Both the position numbers and the translations under genes were made by a program. A stretch of DNA of 64,000 nucleotides, taken from assembly GCA_002162755.1 (NCBI GenBank), contig MAAS01000016.1:20506-84505 (forward strand), given 5' to 3'. Below, piece after piece: positions 49,197 to 59,208 of this stretch. Source of the stretch: Gammaproteobacteria bacterium 50_400_T64 (GTDB lineage: Bacteria; Pseudomonadota; Gammaproteobacteria; Pseudomonadales; Porticoccaceae). Within the stretch, counting starts at the first letter, position 1. Each line of letters starts with the position of its first letter. The notes under the pieces are model-generated. The model was not told the DNA's origin, ran no database searches, and saw only the letters and a list, made by a program, of their open reading frames with translations.

Positions 49197-50047
49197 GCGG
49201 CGTATTCCTCACTTGGATAGCCGACGACGCGCTCGATAAAGAATTCCATATTGCCGCTGGCTAACTCGGGCACGGGCCATTTATCGATGGCTTTGGCGAG
49301 TCGGGTAATGGCCTGAGCAGACGGGCTGCGGGGGAAGGCCTCAATCACCGGCATTTGGTGGCGCACGGCTTTACGCAGGTAATCGTCCATGGGGATGGAG
49401 CCAATGTGTACCGCGACGATGTCGAGGAAGTGATCGGTAACGCGGGATATTTTGCGGAACAGTTCTTCACCGTGGGCATTGCTGTTGACCATATTGGCGA
49501 GGATGTGAAAACGTTTCACGCCGTGGTCTCGGCTCATGACTTTGATTAATGCGTAGGCATCGGTGATCGATGTCGGCTCATCGCAAACCACAACAACGAC
49601 TTCCTGGCAGGCTTTACAGAAGGTAATAACGCTGTCCGAAATCCCGGCTGCGGTATCGACAATCATCGTATCAACGGGGAATTGCAGCTCACTGAAGGCG
49701 CGTACCAGGCCCGCATTTTCAGCGGATGAAAGGTCAGCCATGCTGGATACACCGGAGGAGGCAGGAATGACTTTCAGGCCCAGCGGAGCATCGACAATAA
49801 TTTCATCCAGACTGCGCTCGCCAGAGATAACGTGGCGTAAGTCGAATTTTGGATGGAGGTCGAAAAGGATGTCGACATTGGCTAAACCGAGGTCGGCATC
49901 CATCAGCAATACATTATTGCCCTGTTTGGCAAAGGCAGTGGCGAGGTTGACTGATATGTTGGTTTTACCAACACCACCCTTACCGCTGGTGACCGCAATC
50001 ACCCTGACAGGTTTTTGCTGTGGTGTTCTTAGTGAATGATTAGCCAT
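49193..50047 (-). CDS. fleN: MinD-type flagellar number regulator FleN/FlhG
   Basis: 284 aa with the deviant Walker A 'SGKGGVGKT'. Forms an ATGA-type overlap with fliA. Confidence 0.93.
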   Translation of the reverse strand: MANHSLRTPQQKPVRVIAVTSGKGGVGKTNISVNLATAFAKQGNNVLLMDADLGLANVDILFDLHPKFDLRHVISGERSLDEIIVDAPLGLKVIPASSGVSSMADLSSAENAGLVRAFSELQFPVDTMIVDTAAGISDSVITFCKACQEVVVVVCDEPTSITDAYALIKVMSRDHGVKRFHILANMVNSNAHGEELFRKISRVTDHFLDIVAVHIGSIPMDDYLRKAVRHQMPVIEAFPRSPSAQAITRLAKAIDKWPVPELASGNMEFFIERVVGYPSEEYAA

Positions 50048-51356
50048 GGAGTCGTTTCTCCTCGCTGTTACTGGGTGAGTGAGTGACAGGACCTGTTGTC
50101 TCAGGGTCTATTATAGGTTGATGCGCGTTGCTGCGTTGCAATAAGTCGCGGGCAATTTTTACCAGCTCAATCGATGAGCCGAGGTGAAGATCTTCGGGTA
50201 CCTTTTGACCATTACTGATAAAGAAAGTCGGCAGTTGGTAGCTGATAAGTGCGTTGAGTACGCCGCCAAGGCTAGCCGCTTCGTCCACTTTGGTGACCAC
50301 GGTGCCGGCGAGTTTGATATCGCTAAAGACACGCATGATCTCATTGGTAATAGCCTGTTGTGCCGTGGCAGACAGAGTGAGATAGAACTGAATGTCGTGT
50401 CCGGCCCCGGTCAATGTAGCCAGTTGCTTGGACAGCTCCATATCCCGTTGGCTCATGCCTGCTGTGTCAATTAACACTAATTCTTTGTCGCTTAGCTGGT
50501 CGAGAATGTCCGATAGCTCAAGCCGGTCGGTGGCCAGAAAGACGGGGATGTCGAGCAATTTGCCAAAGGTGCTGAGCTGGTCAACACCGCCGATGCGGAA
50601 ACAGTCGGTGGTGATGAGGCCAATTTTGTCGGTGCCGTGACGCAGGGCATATTGCGCGGCCAGCTTGGCGACAGTGGTTGTTTTACCGACACCCGTTGAG
50701 CCGATGATGGCATAGGTTCCACCGGTTTCGAGCAAATTGTGATCACCCTCAGTTAGCATTGAGGCAAGTTCAATCAGGGCTGTCTTCCAGGCGGCATCAT
50801 CGTCACTGTGCGGCGGGTTCTGGGATGCCAGCTTTGTACACAGTTCGCGTTTCAGGCCGAGGCTGTTGAGCTTCCGCATTAATGCCGCTTTACGAGGATT
50901 GTTCTGGCCTATTTCTCGCCAGGCCATTTGGGTTAACTCGCCTTCAATAAGCCCGCGCAGGTCTGATATTTCCTGACGCAGGTCTGACAGTGAATCTGGG
51001 TTATAGCGAGTGTCGGCTCTGGTGTTTAATAAAGGTGAGCGCGGGCTGTTCAGCGGGATGGCATGGGTTGCCGCTTGCCGTTGGGCGGCAGTATCTGGCC
51101 GTACTGAGGCGGGTTGGCTTACCGTTTGGGTCGCGGGCCGGTTTGCCGACTCGCTGGCCGCAGGTGCCTGCGCCATATCGGTGGCGAGTTTCTCCACCTC
51201 CTCTTCCTCAAAATCGATAGCGGCGGTGATTTCAACGCCGTTGCCGAGTTTTTTGTTAGAGAGAATAACAGCGTCTGGTCCCCACGTTTCTCTCACGTTG
51301 CGAATTGCTTCGCGCATTGTTTCAGCCGTGAATCGCTTTATCTTCATTGTTACCAC
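50040..51356 (-). CDS. flhF: SRP-like GTPase FlhF (polar flagellar placement)
   Basis: 438 aa with N-terminal 'MKIKRFTAETMREAIRNVRETWGPDAVILS', G1 'GSTGVGKTTT', and 'DTAG'. Confidence 0.93.
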   Translation of the reverse strand: MVTMKIKRFTAETMREAIRNVRETWGPDAVILSNKKLGNGVEITAAIDFEEEEVEKLATDMAQAPAASESANRPATQTVSQPASVRPDTAAQRQAATHAIPLNSPRSPLLNTRADTRYNPDSLSDLRQEISDLRGLIEGELTQMAWREIGQNNPRKAALMRKLNSLGLKRELCTKLASQNPPHSDDDAAWKTALIELASMLTEGDHNLLETGGTYAIIGSTGVGKTTTVAKLAAQYALRHGTDKIGLITTDCFRIGGVDQLSTFGKLLDIPVFLATDRLELSDILDQLSDKELVLIDTAGMSQRDMELSKQLATLTGAGHDIQFYLTLSATAQQAITNEIMRVFSDIKLAGTVVTKVDEAASLGGVLNALISYQLPTFFISNGQKVPEDLHLGSSIELVKIARDLLQRSNAHQPIIDPETTGPVTHSPSNSEEKRLHG

Positions 51357-51426
51357 CTTCTAAAAAATTGACCAGCATCGCTTGGTTTTCTCTGGTCTCA
51401 GGGCCCAATGCCCTGCTTTTAACGCA

Positions 51427-53517
51427 TTATCTACCGACGGAATGTATAACCTTGAGCTGCTTGCTGGGCGGTACTTCGTCATAGGAAAGTACGTGCAAGC
51501 CTGGGTTGGCGGCTCTTACCAGATTCGACAACCAGGTTCGCAAAGCAGTGGCTACGAGCAGTACCGGGGTTTGCCCCTGTGTCGCCTGTGCCTGTGCTGA
51601 GTTACTGATTTGTTGAAGCATATTGTCTGCCAATCCGGGTTCGAGCCCGCCGCTAGTCGGTGAGCCTTGTAATACGTTTAGCAATATCTGTTCCAACTCG
51701 GGGTCGAGGGTCATAACTTGCAGTTCAGGCGCCATTCCATTGATCTGTTGGTAGATGGTGCGGCTTAAGGCAACCCGTGCTTGTGCCGTCAAAACGTCGG
51801 CTTCTTGACTCTTTGCCGCGTTTTCCGCCAAGGACTCGGCGATGGTGCGTACATCTCTAATCGGTATGTTTTCCTCCAGCAGGTTTTGCATCACTTTGAG
51901 AACAACACTCAGGGACAGGGTGCCGGGCACCAGGTTCTCCACCAGCTTGGGTGAGGATTTGGCCAACAGGTCGAGTAACTGTTGCACTTCGTCGTGGCCG
52001 AGTAGTTCGTGGGCGTGCTGTTTCAGTAACTCGCTGAGGTGGGTGGCAATCACCGTGCTGCAGTCGACCACGGTATAACCCATGGCCTGGGCTTCGTCAC
52101 GCAGGCTGGGTTCTATCCACAGGGCTTCCAGGCCAAACGCAGGGTCTTTTGTGGCGACCCCGTTGAGAGTGCCAAATACTTGCCCGGGATTGATGGCCAT
52201 TTCTTTGCCGGGGTGGATTTCTGACTCACCCAGGGGGACGCCGTGCAGGGTAATGCGATAGGCACTGGGGGAGAGGTCGAGGTTGTCGCGAATATGCACC
52301 GGCTGCACCAGAAAGCCGAGATCTTGCGAGAGCTTCTTGCGCACGCCTTTGACGCGATTGAGAAGTTCGCCGTCCTGGTTTTTATCGACCAGGGGGATCA
52401 GACGATACCCGACTTCCAGCCCAATGGGATCAACAGTGGTGACATCGTCCCAGCTGAGCTCTTTGGTCTCTGTCGGCGGCGCGACAGGCTCGGCCACAGG
52501 TTCGGCTTGTTCTTCAGCTTTATCCTTTTGAATAAGCAGGAAAGCGCCCCCGCCGAGGACTGCTGCAAGGAAGAGAAAAACCAGGTTGGGCATGCCCGGA
52601 ATAATGCCCATGCCGGCCATAATACCCGCTGTAATGATCAAGGCTTTGGGCGATTTAAATAGCTGGGAGCCCATCTGTTGGCCCATGTCCTGTGCGTCGG
52701 AGGCGCGGGTGACGATAATGGCCGCCGCTGTGGACAGTAGCAGCGAGGGGATTTGTGCAACCAGGCCGTCACCAATCGTTAACAGCACATAGTTGTGGGC
52801 CGACTGGGAGACGGACAAGTCGTGTTGAAAGGTGCCGACCGCCATGCCGCCGATGATGTTGATGACCAGAATCAGGATGCCGGCGACGGCGTCACCGCGC
52901 ACGAACTTACTGGCACCGTCCATTGAGCCGTAGAAGTCGGCTTCGCGGGCGATGTCTTCACGGCGCTGTCGGGCCTGTTCCTGGGTGAGTGCTCCCGCAT
53001 TTAAGTCGGCATCAATCGCCATTTGTTTACCGGGCATGGCATCGAGGGTGAAACGTGCCGATACTTCTGAAATACGCCCACCACCTTTGGTAACCACCAC
53101 GAAGTTGATAATCACCAAAATCGCAAACACCACCAGGCCTACGGTGTAGTTGCCGCCCACGACGAAGTCGCCAAAGGCTTGAATGACCTTGCCGGCAGCG
53201 TCGGTGCCGGTGTGTCCTTCGAGGAGCACGACCCGTGTCGAGGCAATATTCAGTGCCAGTCGTAGCAGGGTGGCAATGAGCAGCACGGTAGGGAAAACGG
53301 TGAATTCCAGTGGTCGTTCGGCGTAAATAACCGCTAGCAGCACGATGAGTGAGAAGGAGATATTAAAGGTAAAGAAGATATCCAGTAGTACCGGTGGTAG
53401 GGGCAGGATGATCATTGCCAGCATCATCACCACAATGAGCGGCGTGCCGAGGCCGGCAATTATTTTCAATACGGGGTTGGCGGGGGGCGCGCCGGTATTG
53501 GTGGTGGCGGTATTCAT
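51427..53517 (-). CDS. flhA: Flagellar export gate protein FlhA
   Basis: 696 aa. Eight-TM N-terminal domain, 'RFTLDAMPGKQMAIDADLNAG', and a cytoplasmic C-domain. Confidence 0.97.
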   Translation of the reverse strand: MNTATTNTGAPPANPVLKIIAGLGTPLIVVMMLAMIILPLPPVLLDIFFTFNISFSLIVLLAVIYAERPLEFTVFPTVLLIATLLRLALNIASTRVVLLEGHTGTDAAGKVIQAFGDFVVGGNYTVGLVVFAILVIINFVVVTKGGGRISEVSARFTLDAMPGKQMAIDADLNAGALTQEQARQRREDIAREADFYGSMDGASKFVRGDAVAGILILVINIIGGMAVGTFQHDLSVSQSAHNYVLLTIGDGLVAQIPSLLLSTAAAIIVTRASDAQDMGQQMGSQLFKSPKALIITAGIMAGMGIIPGMPNLVFLFLAAVLGGGAFLLIQKDKAEEQAEPVAEPVAPPTETKELSWDDVTTVDPIGLEVGYRLIPLVDKNQDGELLNRVKGVRKKLSQDLGFLVQPVHIRDNLDLSPSAYRITLHGVPLGESEIHPGKEMAINPGQVFGTLNGVATKDPAFGLEALWIEPSLRDEAQAMGYTVVDCSTVIATHLSELLKQHAHELLGHDEVQQLLDLLAKSSPKLVENLVPGTLSLSVVLKVMQNLLEENIPIRDVRTIAESLAENAAKSQEADVLTAQARVALSRTIYQQINGMAPELQVMTLDPELEQILLNVLQGSPTSGGLEPGLADNMLQQISNSAQAQATQGQTPVLLVATALRTWLSNLVRAANPGLHVLSYDEVPPSKQLKVIHSVGR

Positions 53518-54683
53518 GCGTTCTCTCCATTACTATCGCTGTTGCTATCTTCAGGAACGGATAGTTCGTCGGGAATGTCGATATTGGTCGGTGCCTGGGG
53601 CGCAGATTGGCCCGGCATCGGGGGTAGTTTCAGCTGGTAAACATACGCCAGCACCTGGGCCACAGCGAGGTAAAGCTGGGCGGGGATCTCGCGATCAATC
53701 TCGGTGCTGGCGTAAATGGCGCGTGCCAGAGGTGGTGCCGAAAAGGTCAGCACATCGTGTTCTTCTGCCAATTTGCGGATACGCAGGGCGATATCACCCT
53801 TGCCTTTGGCGACGACAACGGGTGCTCGTGGGCCCTGTTCGTCGTATTTCAGCGCGATGGCATAGTGGGTTGGGTTGGTGATCACCACGTTGGCGGTGGG
53901 CACGTTGTCCATCATCCTGCGCTGTGACATTTCCCGTTGCAGCATGCGGATCTGACCTTTTACCTCGGGTCGGCCTTCACTTTCTTTACTTTCGTCTTTA
54001 ATTTCCTGCAGCGTCATTTTCAACTGACGCTTGTGCTCCCACAGCTGGAAGGGCACATCAATGGCGGCGATTAAGATTAGCGCTGTACAAAAGCTGAGAA
54101 AGGAGAGACCGGCGATATTGGCGAAGTGATTGAGAGCCGTATTAATATCTTTACTGGCGAGCATGAGTAATTGGTCGAAGGTTTGCCAGATAACCACTGT
54201 CGCCATTGAGCCAACCAGGAAAAACTTACCCAGGGCCTTTACCAGCTCCATCAATGATTTGGCCGACACCATTTTGGCGATGCCCTTTAAGGGGTTGAGC
54301 TTCTCGATTTTGAAGGCCATCGACGAAGGGCTAAAGGCCCAGCCGCCCATGGCCAAAGGGCCGACAAAAACAGAGACCAGCAGCAGCACAAAGAAGGGCA
54401 CACAAATTAGGATGCCGTTACCGAGGGCGCTGCCGACGGTAGCGGTAAAGACCTCGGCATCGTCCATGCCTGCGGGACTCATGCTCAGGTATTTTTCCAT
54501 CTGGATTGAGAGGTCGCCGATCATGGCGCTACCAAATACGATCAGGCCGCTAGCACCGACCAACAGAGAAATCATCGTATTGAGTTCGCGGGAACGCGCC
54601 AGCTGCCCCTTCTTCTTCGCGTCTTCCTGGCGTTTGGGGGTGGGGTCTTCGGTGCGTTCCTGCCCGCTCTCGTGTTCGGCCAT
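53514..54683 (-). CDS. flhB: Flagellar export switch protein FlhB
   Basis: 389 aa with 'KTEDPTPKRQEDAKKKGQLARSREL' and the NPTH autocleavage site ('VITNPTHYAIAL'). Confidence 0.96.
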   Translation of the reverse strand: MAEHESGQERTEDPTPKRQEDAKKKGQLARSRELNTMISLLVGASGLIVFGSAMIGDLSIQMEKYLSMSPAGMDDAEVFTATVGSALGNGILICVPFFVLLLVSVFVGPLAMGGWAFSPSSMAFKIEKLNPLKGIAKMVSAKSLMELVKALGKFFLVGSMATVVIWQTFDQLLMLASKDINTALNHFANIAGLSFLSFCTALILIAAIDVPFQLWEHKRQLKMTLQEIKDESKESEGRPEVKGQIRMLQREMSQRRMMDNVPTANVVITNPTHYAIALKYDEQGPRAPVVVAKGKGDIALRIRKLAEEHDVLTFSAPPLARAIYASTEIDREIPAQLYLAVAQVLAYVYQLKLPPMPGQSAPQAPTNIDIPDELSVPEDSNSDSNGENA

Positions 54684-55451
54684 CTAGGCGGCCAACAGGG
54701 TCGGAATGAGTTTGAAAATGCTTTCGAAAGCAGCGGAAACTAGCGGTAAAAAGGACGGCAAACTCAGCAAAATCAGGGCAAAGCCCGCCAGCAGAGTAAT
54801 CGGAAAGCCGACGGCAAAAATATTCAGCTGCGGTGCCGAGCGGGTGATAACACCAAAGGCGAGGTTGACCAGTAACAACGAGGCCAGTGCGGGCAGGGAG
54901 ATTAACAGGCCGCTGACAAACATCTGGCTACCCCACTGGACGATTTTCCAGGCCATCTCTCGAGGCCATTGAGCGCCGATGGGTAAGAGTTCAAAGCTGT
55001 GGTGAATGGTTTGAATAAGTAGTAGGTGGCCATCGAGGGCGAGAAATACCAGTGTGGCAAGAATCATATAAAACTGGCTGACCACCGGTACCTGTACGCC
55101 ATTCTGGGGGTCGACGGCTGAGGCAAAACCCAGGCCCATGGCCATGGCGATGCTTTGCCCGGCAATAACCACTGTGGAGAAAGCCATGTGAAAAATAAAG
55201 CCCATACCCAGCCCCAGGGCGACTTGCTGCAGGCTGATTAACAGCCCCGCTGCGCTGACGGGGTTGATATCGGGAGTCTGGACGATGGGGGCGAGTATCC
55301 AGGCGATGCTTAGGGTGAGAATGATGCGGGTCCGTACTGGAATCGATTTTGCGCCAAGTATGGGTGAGGCCATCACAAAGCTGCCGACACGCAGTAATGG
55401 CCACATCAGACTGGTGACCAGGCGCATGACTTCATTGACTGAAAACTCCAC
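54684..55451 (-). CDS. fliR: Flagellar export apparatus protein FliR
   Basis: 255 aa polytopic membrane protein between fliQ and flhB. Confidence 0.92.
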   Translation of the reverse strand: MEFSVNEVMRLVTSLMWPLLRVGSFVMASPILGAKSIPVRTRIILTLSIAWILAPIVQTPDINPVSAAGLLISLQQVALGLGMGFIFHMAFSTVVIAGQSIAMAMGLGFASAVDPQNGVQVPVVSQFYMILATLVFLALDGHLLLIQTIHHSFELLPIGAQWPREMAWKIVQWGSQMFVSGLLISLPALASLLLVNLAFGVITRSAPQLNIFAVGFPITLLAGFALILLSLPSFLPLVSAAFESIFKLIPTLLAA

Positions 55452-55467
55452 GTTCGTTCCCGGTGCC

Positions 55468-55737
55468 CTAACCGGTTATTTCCGGAATGCTGGCGTATAA
55501 GTTGAGCGTGAAACTGAGCAGAATATTGAGCATCCACGGCCCGGCGATCATGCCAGCGATGGCCATGGCAATGAGCTTGGGAATAAAACTCAGGGTCATT
55601 TCCTGAATTTGCGTGGCGGCTTGAAAGACGCCGATCGATAGGCCAATGGCGAGGGCGGACAGCAGCAGGGGGGCCGCCAGCAACATGGTGACGTGAATGG
55701 CGTCGTAGCCAACATCTATAACCGATTCAGGTGTCAT
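55468..55737 (-). CDS. fliQ: Flagellar export apparatus protein FliQ
   Basis: 89 aa with two TM segments and 'LSIGVFQAATQIQEMTLSFIPK'. Confidence 0.93.
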   Translation of the reverse strand: MTPESVIDVGYDAIHVTMLLAAPLLLSALAIGLSIGVFQAATQIQEMTLSFIPKLIAMAIAGMIAGPWMLNILLSFTLNLYASIPEITG

Positions 55738-55785
55738 GATGCTCTCCTTAATTTAGGGGTGTTCTTCGCTGTTAGGTATAAGAAA

Positions 55786-56532
55786 CTAGACATAAAAGCC
55801 AGCGGCCAGCGTGCTGACGATCAGCGCCCAGCCGTCGATCAGCACAAATAGCATGATTTTGAAGGGCAGAGAAATGAGCACGGGCGAGAGCATCATCATG
55901 CCCATCGACATCAAGACACTGGCGACCACGAGGTCGATAATCAAAAAGGGAATAAAAATCAAAAAGCCGATTTGAAAGGCGGTTTTTAATTCGCTGACCA
56001 CAAAGGCGGGTAGTAGCACTTTCAGCGGCACGTCTCGAATATCGTCGACTTGCACATCACCGGCCATATCGACAAACAGAGCGAGGTCGCTCTCTCTCAC
56101 TTGATTGAGCATGAATTCACGAAAGGGGGCGATGGCCTTAGTGGCGGCCTCGTTAAAGCCCAGTTTTTCTTCCATATAGGGTTCGACCCCTTCGTTATAG
56201 GCTTTTTCCAATACCGGGGTCATAACGAATAAGGTGGTGAACAGTGTTAGGCCAAGCAGGATTTGATTGGACGGTGTCTGTGCCGTGCCCAGCGCTTGGC
56301 GAAGAATGGCGAAGACCACCAGAATGCGGGTGAACGATGTCATCGCAATTAAGGCGGCGGGCAGCAGGCTGAGGGCCGTCATCAACAACAGGATTTGAAT
56401 ATTCAGGCTGTAGGACTGCTCTCCTTCGGCTCCGGAGGTCACCGTTAACAGGGGGATGCCCTGTTCAGCAACGGCTGAGCTTGAGGTGAGCAGTGCTGCG
56501 CCGAGCACGAGTAGCGAAGCGAGCAGTTTCAT
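55786..56532 (-). CDS. fliP: Flagellar export apparatus protein FliP
   Basis: 248 aa. Signal peptide, then '[18 protein letters not shown]' and '[29 protein letters not shown]'. Confidence 0.96.
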   Translation of the reverse strand: MKLLASLLVLGAALLTSSSAVAEQGIPLLTVTSGAEGEQSYSLNIQILLLMTALSLLPAALIAMTSFTRILVVFAILRQALGTAQTPSNQILLGLTLFTTLFVMTPVLEKAYNEGVEPYMEEKLGFNEAATKAIAPFREFMLNQVRESDLALFVDMAGDVQVDDIRDVPLKVLLPAFVVSELKTAFQIGFLIFIPFLIIDLVVASVLMSMGMMMLSPVLISLPFKIMLFVLIDGWALIVSTLAAGFYV

Positions 56533-56990
56533 GGCGCGGTGTCCTTGCGTACTTTGGCGATAAGGGCAGAAAAAGGATCTTTTCGGTGTTCGTCATCGCT
56601 TGCGTTTGATTCGCCGATAGCGGACACATTTTGTTCAGCCGTTGGCGAAGAGGCGATCTCTCCCAGTTTGGAAATACTGCCGGGTGCAACACCCAGTACC
56701 AGTTCGGTGTTGCCAGCACGCACGATGACCACGCGTTCACGCTGACCAACGGACAGGGAGGCGATCAATTCGAGGTCTTTGAGGTCTCGGTTGGGCAGGC
56801 GATTAATGCGTTTTAGCAACCAGGCGAGAACGGCAATACTCAGCAGTACAACACCGAGGCCGCTAAGCAGTTGTAAAAAATAACCGGAGGTATCTGTCAG
56901 TGGTGCCTTGCTGGCACTGGGTTCCGCAGCTTGAGCGATGGACGTACAAGCCAATGCGAGAAACCCAGATAGACGCAGGAGTCTGTTCAT
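56529..56990 (-). CDS. fliO: Flagellar export protein FliO
   Basis: 153 aa with a single TM ('[19 protein letters not shown]'). It lies between fliN and fliP with 4-nt overlaps on both sides. Confidence 0.8.
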   Translation of the reverse strand: MNRLLRLSGFLALACTSIAQAAEPSASKAPLTDTSGYFLQLLSGLGVVLLSIAVLAWLLKRINRLPNRDLKDLELIASLSVGQRERVVIVRAGNTELVLGVAPGSISKLGEIASSPTAEQNVSAIGESNASDDEHRKDPFSALIAKVRKDTAP

Positions 56991-57406
56991 TTGAGTTTTT
57001 TAACGCGCTCGCTGGGGCTGATGACATCGGTCAGGCGAATACCGAACTGGTCTTCGACGACGACGACTTCCCCGTGGGCAATGAGGGTGTTGTTAACCAG
57101 TACATCGAGAGGCTCGCTGACCAGCCTGTCTAGCTCAATGACTGAGCCCTGAGAGTAGCGCAGCAAGTCTCGAATCGGCACCTGGGTGCGGCCTATTTCG
57201 ACAGAAATAGTGATGGGCACATCAAGGATGACATCGAGGTTGATATCTTGGTCGCTCATGATCGCTGATGTGCTGCTAGTACTTGGGCTATCTGCATTCA
57301 GATCCTTTAGCGGCGCGGCGGCATAGTCTTCGGTTGCCGTTGGCTCGGCATCTGCCTCGGGGCTGATTTCGGTGTTATCTGTTTCGTTGTTTTCGTCGTC
57401 ACTCAT
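56987..57406 (-). CDS. fliN: Flagellar motor switch protein FliN
   Basis: 139 aa with an acidic N-terminus and a SpoA domain ('VELDRLVSEPLDVLVNNTLIAHGEVVVVEDQFGIRLTDV'). Confidence 0.94.
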   Translation of the reverse strand: MSDDENNETDNTEISPEADAEPTATEDYAAAPLKDLNADSPSTSSTSAIMSDQDINLDVILDVPITISVEIGRTQVPIRDLLRYSQGSVIELDRLVSEPLDVLVNNTLIAHGEVVVVEDQFGIRLTDVISPSERVKKLK

Positions 57407-57453
57407 GGCGAGTCTCCACTACTTTGCGTTATTTGTGTCTTACGCACGGCTGG

Positions 57454-58491
57454 CTAAGGGCGATGTTTCTTGTTGCGTATTTTGATGGCGTTTTTGTCAT
57501 TGAAAGCACCGTACTCGCCGTCAAAAACAGGGATGCCCTCAGCGTAAAGGGTGATTGCATCACTCATCTCGAGGGGGATGATGTCGCCCTTTTCAAGCTT
57601 GAGGACTTCGCCCAGCGACAGCTGCGCTGTGCCCAGGGTGCTGCTGAGTTCTACGCTGGTGTTTTTCAGCTCATCGATAATGACAGGTGCCCAGGTGCCC
57701 TGGTCTTCCCGCTTTTCAGATTGGTAGGTCACCGAGAGTTGTTCTCGGTAGGGCTCAATCATCGCCATCGGCATGGCGAGTTCGAAGATGCCCTGAGTGC
57801 CCTCAAAGACAATGTCAAAACGATGGATCAACAGTTGTTCCGCCGGGTTCATTAGCTGGGCAAAGTCGGGATTAGTCTCGGTCTGTTTTGCCTCGGGGCG
57901 GATATCAATATCGGCTTTCCAGCTGACCTGTAAGTCATGCATGACGCTCTGTAATAGCATGTTGCCAATGCGCATTTCGGAAGGCGTGAAATCGGGCTTG
58001 TCGGTGGCCAATTCATTTTTCATTGAGCCGCCGAAAAAGCTACTCGTGGCATTGGTGATCAAGTTGTTATCAAACACCGCAAGGGCGATACCCTTCAAGG
58101 GTGTGAGGTTGATAAAGTTGATATGCGTGGGTAGATCGAGGGTGTGCAGGTAGTCGATAAATGAAGTGCCTCGGGCACCCGAGAATTTGACATTGTTGGA
58201 GCAACGCAAGGTGTTAAAGATACTTTCGCAAAGCTGTAGAGCAAAACGCTCATGGATAACGTTGAGCAGAGGCAGGCCGGCGCTGAGCGACTGGCCCTGG
58301 CGAGCAAAGTCAAAGGTGCGGACATGACCAATACCGGCGACAATGGTGCCGCTGTCACCGCCGGATTCGCCGTCGGGGCCATCGTCTTCAACGCTGGTTA
58401 GCAGGGCATCAATTTCTTCCTGAGTGAGTACCTCTTCGGTACTTGTGCCGGCCTCGGCGCTACTTTCTTGATCGGAATCTGAGTCGGCCAT
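57454..58491 (-). CDS. fliM: Flagellar motor switch protein FliM
   Basis: 345 aa with the N-terminal CheY-P docking motif 'LTQEEIDALL'. Confidence 0.94.
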   Translation of the reverse strand: MADSDSDQESSAEAGTSTEEVLTQEEIDALLTSVEDDGPDGESGGDSGTIVAGIGHVRTFDFARQGQSLSAGLPLLNVIHERFALQLCESIFNTLRCSNNVKFSGARGTSFIDYLHTLDLPTHINFINLTPLKGIALAVFDNNLITNATSSFFGGSMKNELATDKPDFTPSEMRIGNMLLQSVMHDLQVSWKADIDIRPEAKQTETNPDFAQLMNPAEQLLIHRFDIVFEGTQGIFELAMPMAMIEPYREQLSVTYQSEKREDQGTWAPVIIDELKNTSVELSSTLGTAQLSLGEVLKLEKGDIIPLEMSDAITLYAEGIPVFDGEYGAFNDKNAIKIRNKKHRP

Positions 58492-58958
58492 TACTGCATC
58501 ACATAACCGGTGAAGTACACCGCTTCTACTCGGCCCGGATTGTGAGTCTTGTTTTGTTCAGCCTGAATAATATTGCGGATTTCAAGTAGCATTTCTTCAC
58601 GCAGCGTTTCTTTGCTGTCTACACCATTGAGCTCTTTAAAGGTTTTATTGCTGATCAACATAATTAAGCGGTGACGAATGGCGGGCATGTGGTGAGTCAC
58701 CTGCTCGAGGATTTGCGGTTCGTGACTCATCACGGATAGGGTCATTTGCAGGTAGCGCAGGGTGTCTTTATAGACAAAGTTAACAATAAAGGGCGGCTCG
58801 AGAGCTAAATAGTAACTTTCCCCCCGGGCTTCAATGGCGCTGTCCGAGGCCTGACTATCTGCAGTTGCCTCGTCATCGCTGAGGAAGAAGAAGGCACCAC
58901 CGCCACCGATTATTAGCAGGACAACTATGGTGACGATTATTGCTACTGTTTTATTCAA
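58491..58958 (-). CDS. fliL: Flagellar basal body-associated protein FliL
   Basis: 155 aa with a TTG start and one TM ('VAIIVTIVVLLIIGGGGAFFFL'). It is the first gene of the fliL-R operon. Confidence 0.85.
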   Translation of the reverse strand: MNKTVAIIVTIVVLLIIGGGGAFFFLSDDEATADSQASDSAIEARGESYYLALEPPFIVNFVYKDTLRYLQMTLSVMSHEPQILEQVTHHMPAIRHRLIMLISNKTFKELNGVDSKETLREEMLLEIRNIIQAEQNKTHNPGRVEAVYFTGYVMQ

Positions 58959-59046
58959 GCCTTGGTAATCCTTGTGTCAGCTAACGTTGTGCTAATGCTG
59001 CATCCGATACTTTTCTAAACGGATTACAGCCACTTGGCAGTGTTTA

Positions 59047-59062
59047 AGCACTAACTATGCCA
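59047..59062 (-). promoter_or_regulatory. Sigma-54 promoter of the fliLMNOPQR-flhB operon
   Basis: The minus strand reads TGGCATagttaGTGCT with GG-N10-GC spacing. It lies about 90 nt upstream of the fliL start. It matches the fleS promoter at 13 of 15 positions. Confidence 0.7.
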
Positions 59063-59111
59063 CTAAAGAATTTTTAATAAATACAGTAGGTTAATGGGGT
59101 TTAAACAGGCT

Positions 59112-59129
59112 CCGTCAAAGTGTTGACGG
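59112..59129. promoter_or_regulatory. Perfect palindrome CCGTCAA-agtg-TTGACGG (GTCA-N6-TGAC core), candidate FleQ UAS for fliL
   Basis: The two 7-bp arms are exactly complementary. The centre lies exactly 60 nt upstream of the -24 GG of the fliL sigma-54 promoter, the same spacing as at fleS. Confidence 0.6.
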
Positions 59130-59208
59130 GTTTTATAAGTGATGTGTCAAATACTTGGGGGCGGGTCTGTGAAAAAGAGGGGCTGTGTCATTGAGGGTGA
59201 CGGGTGGT

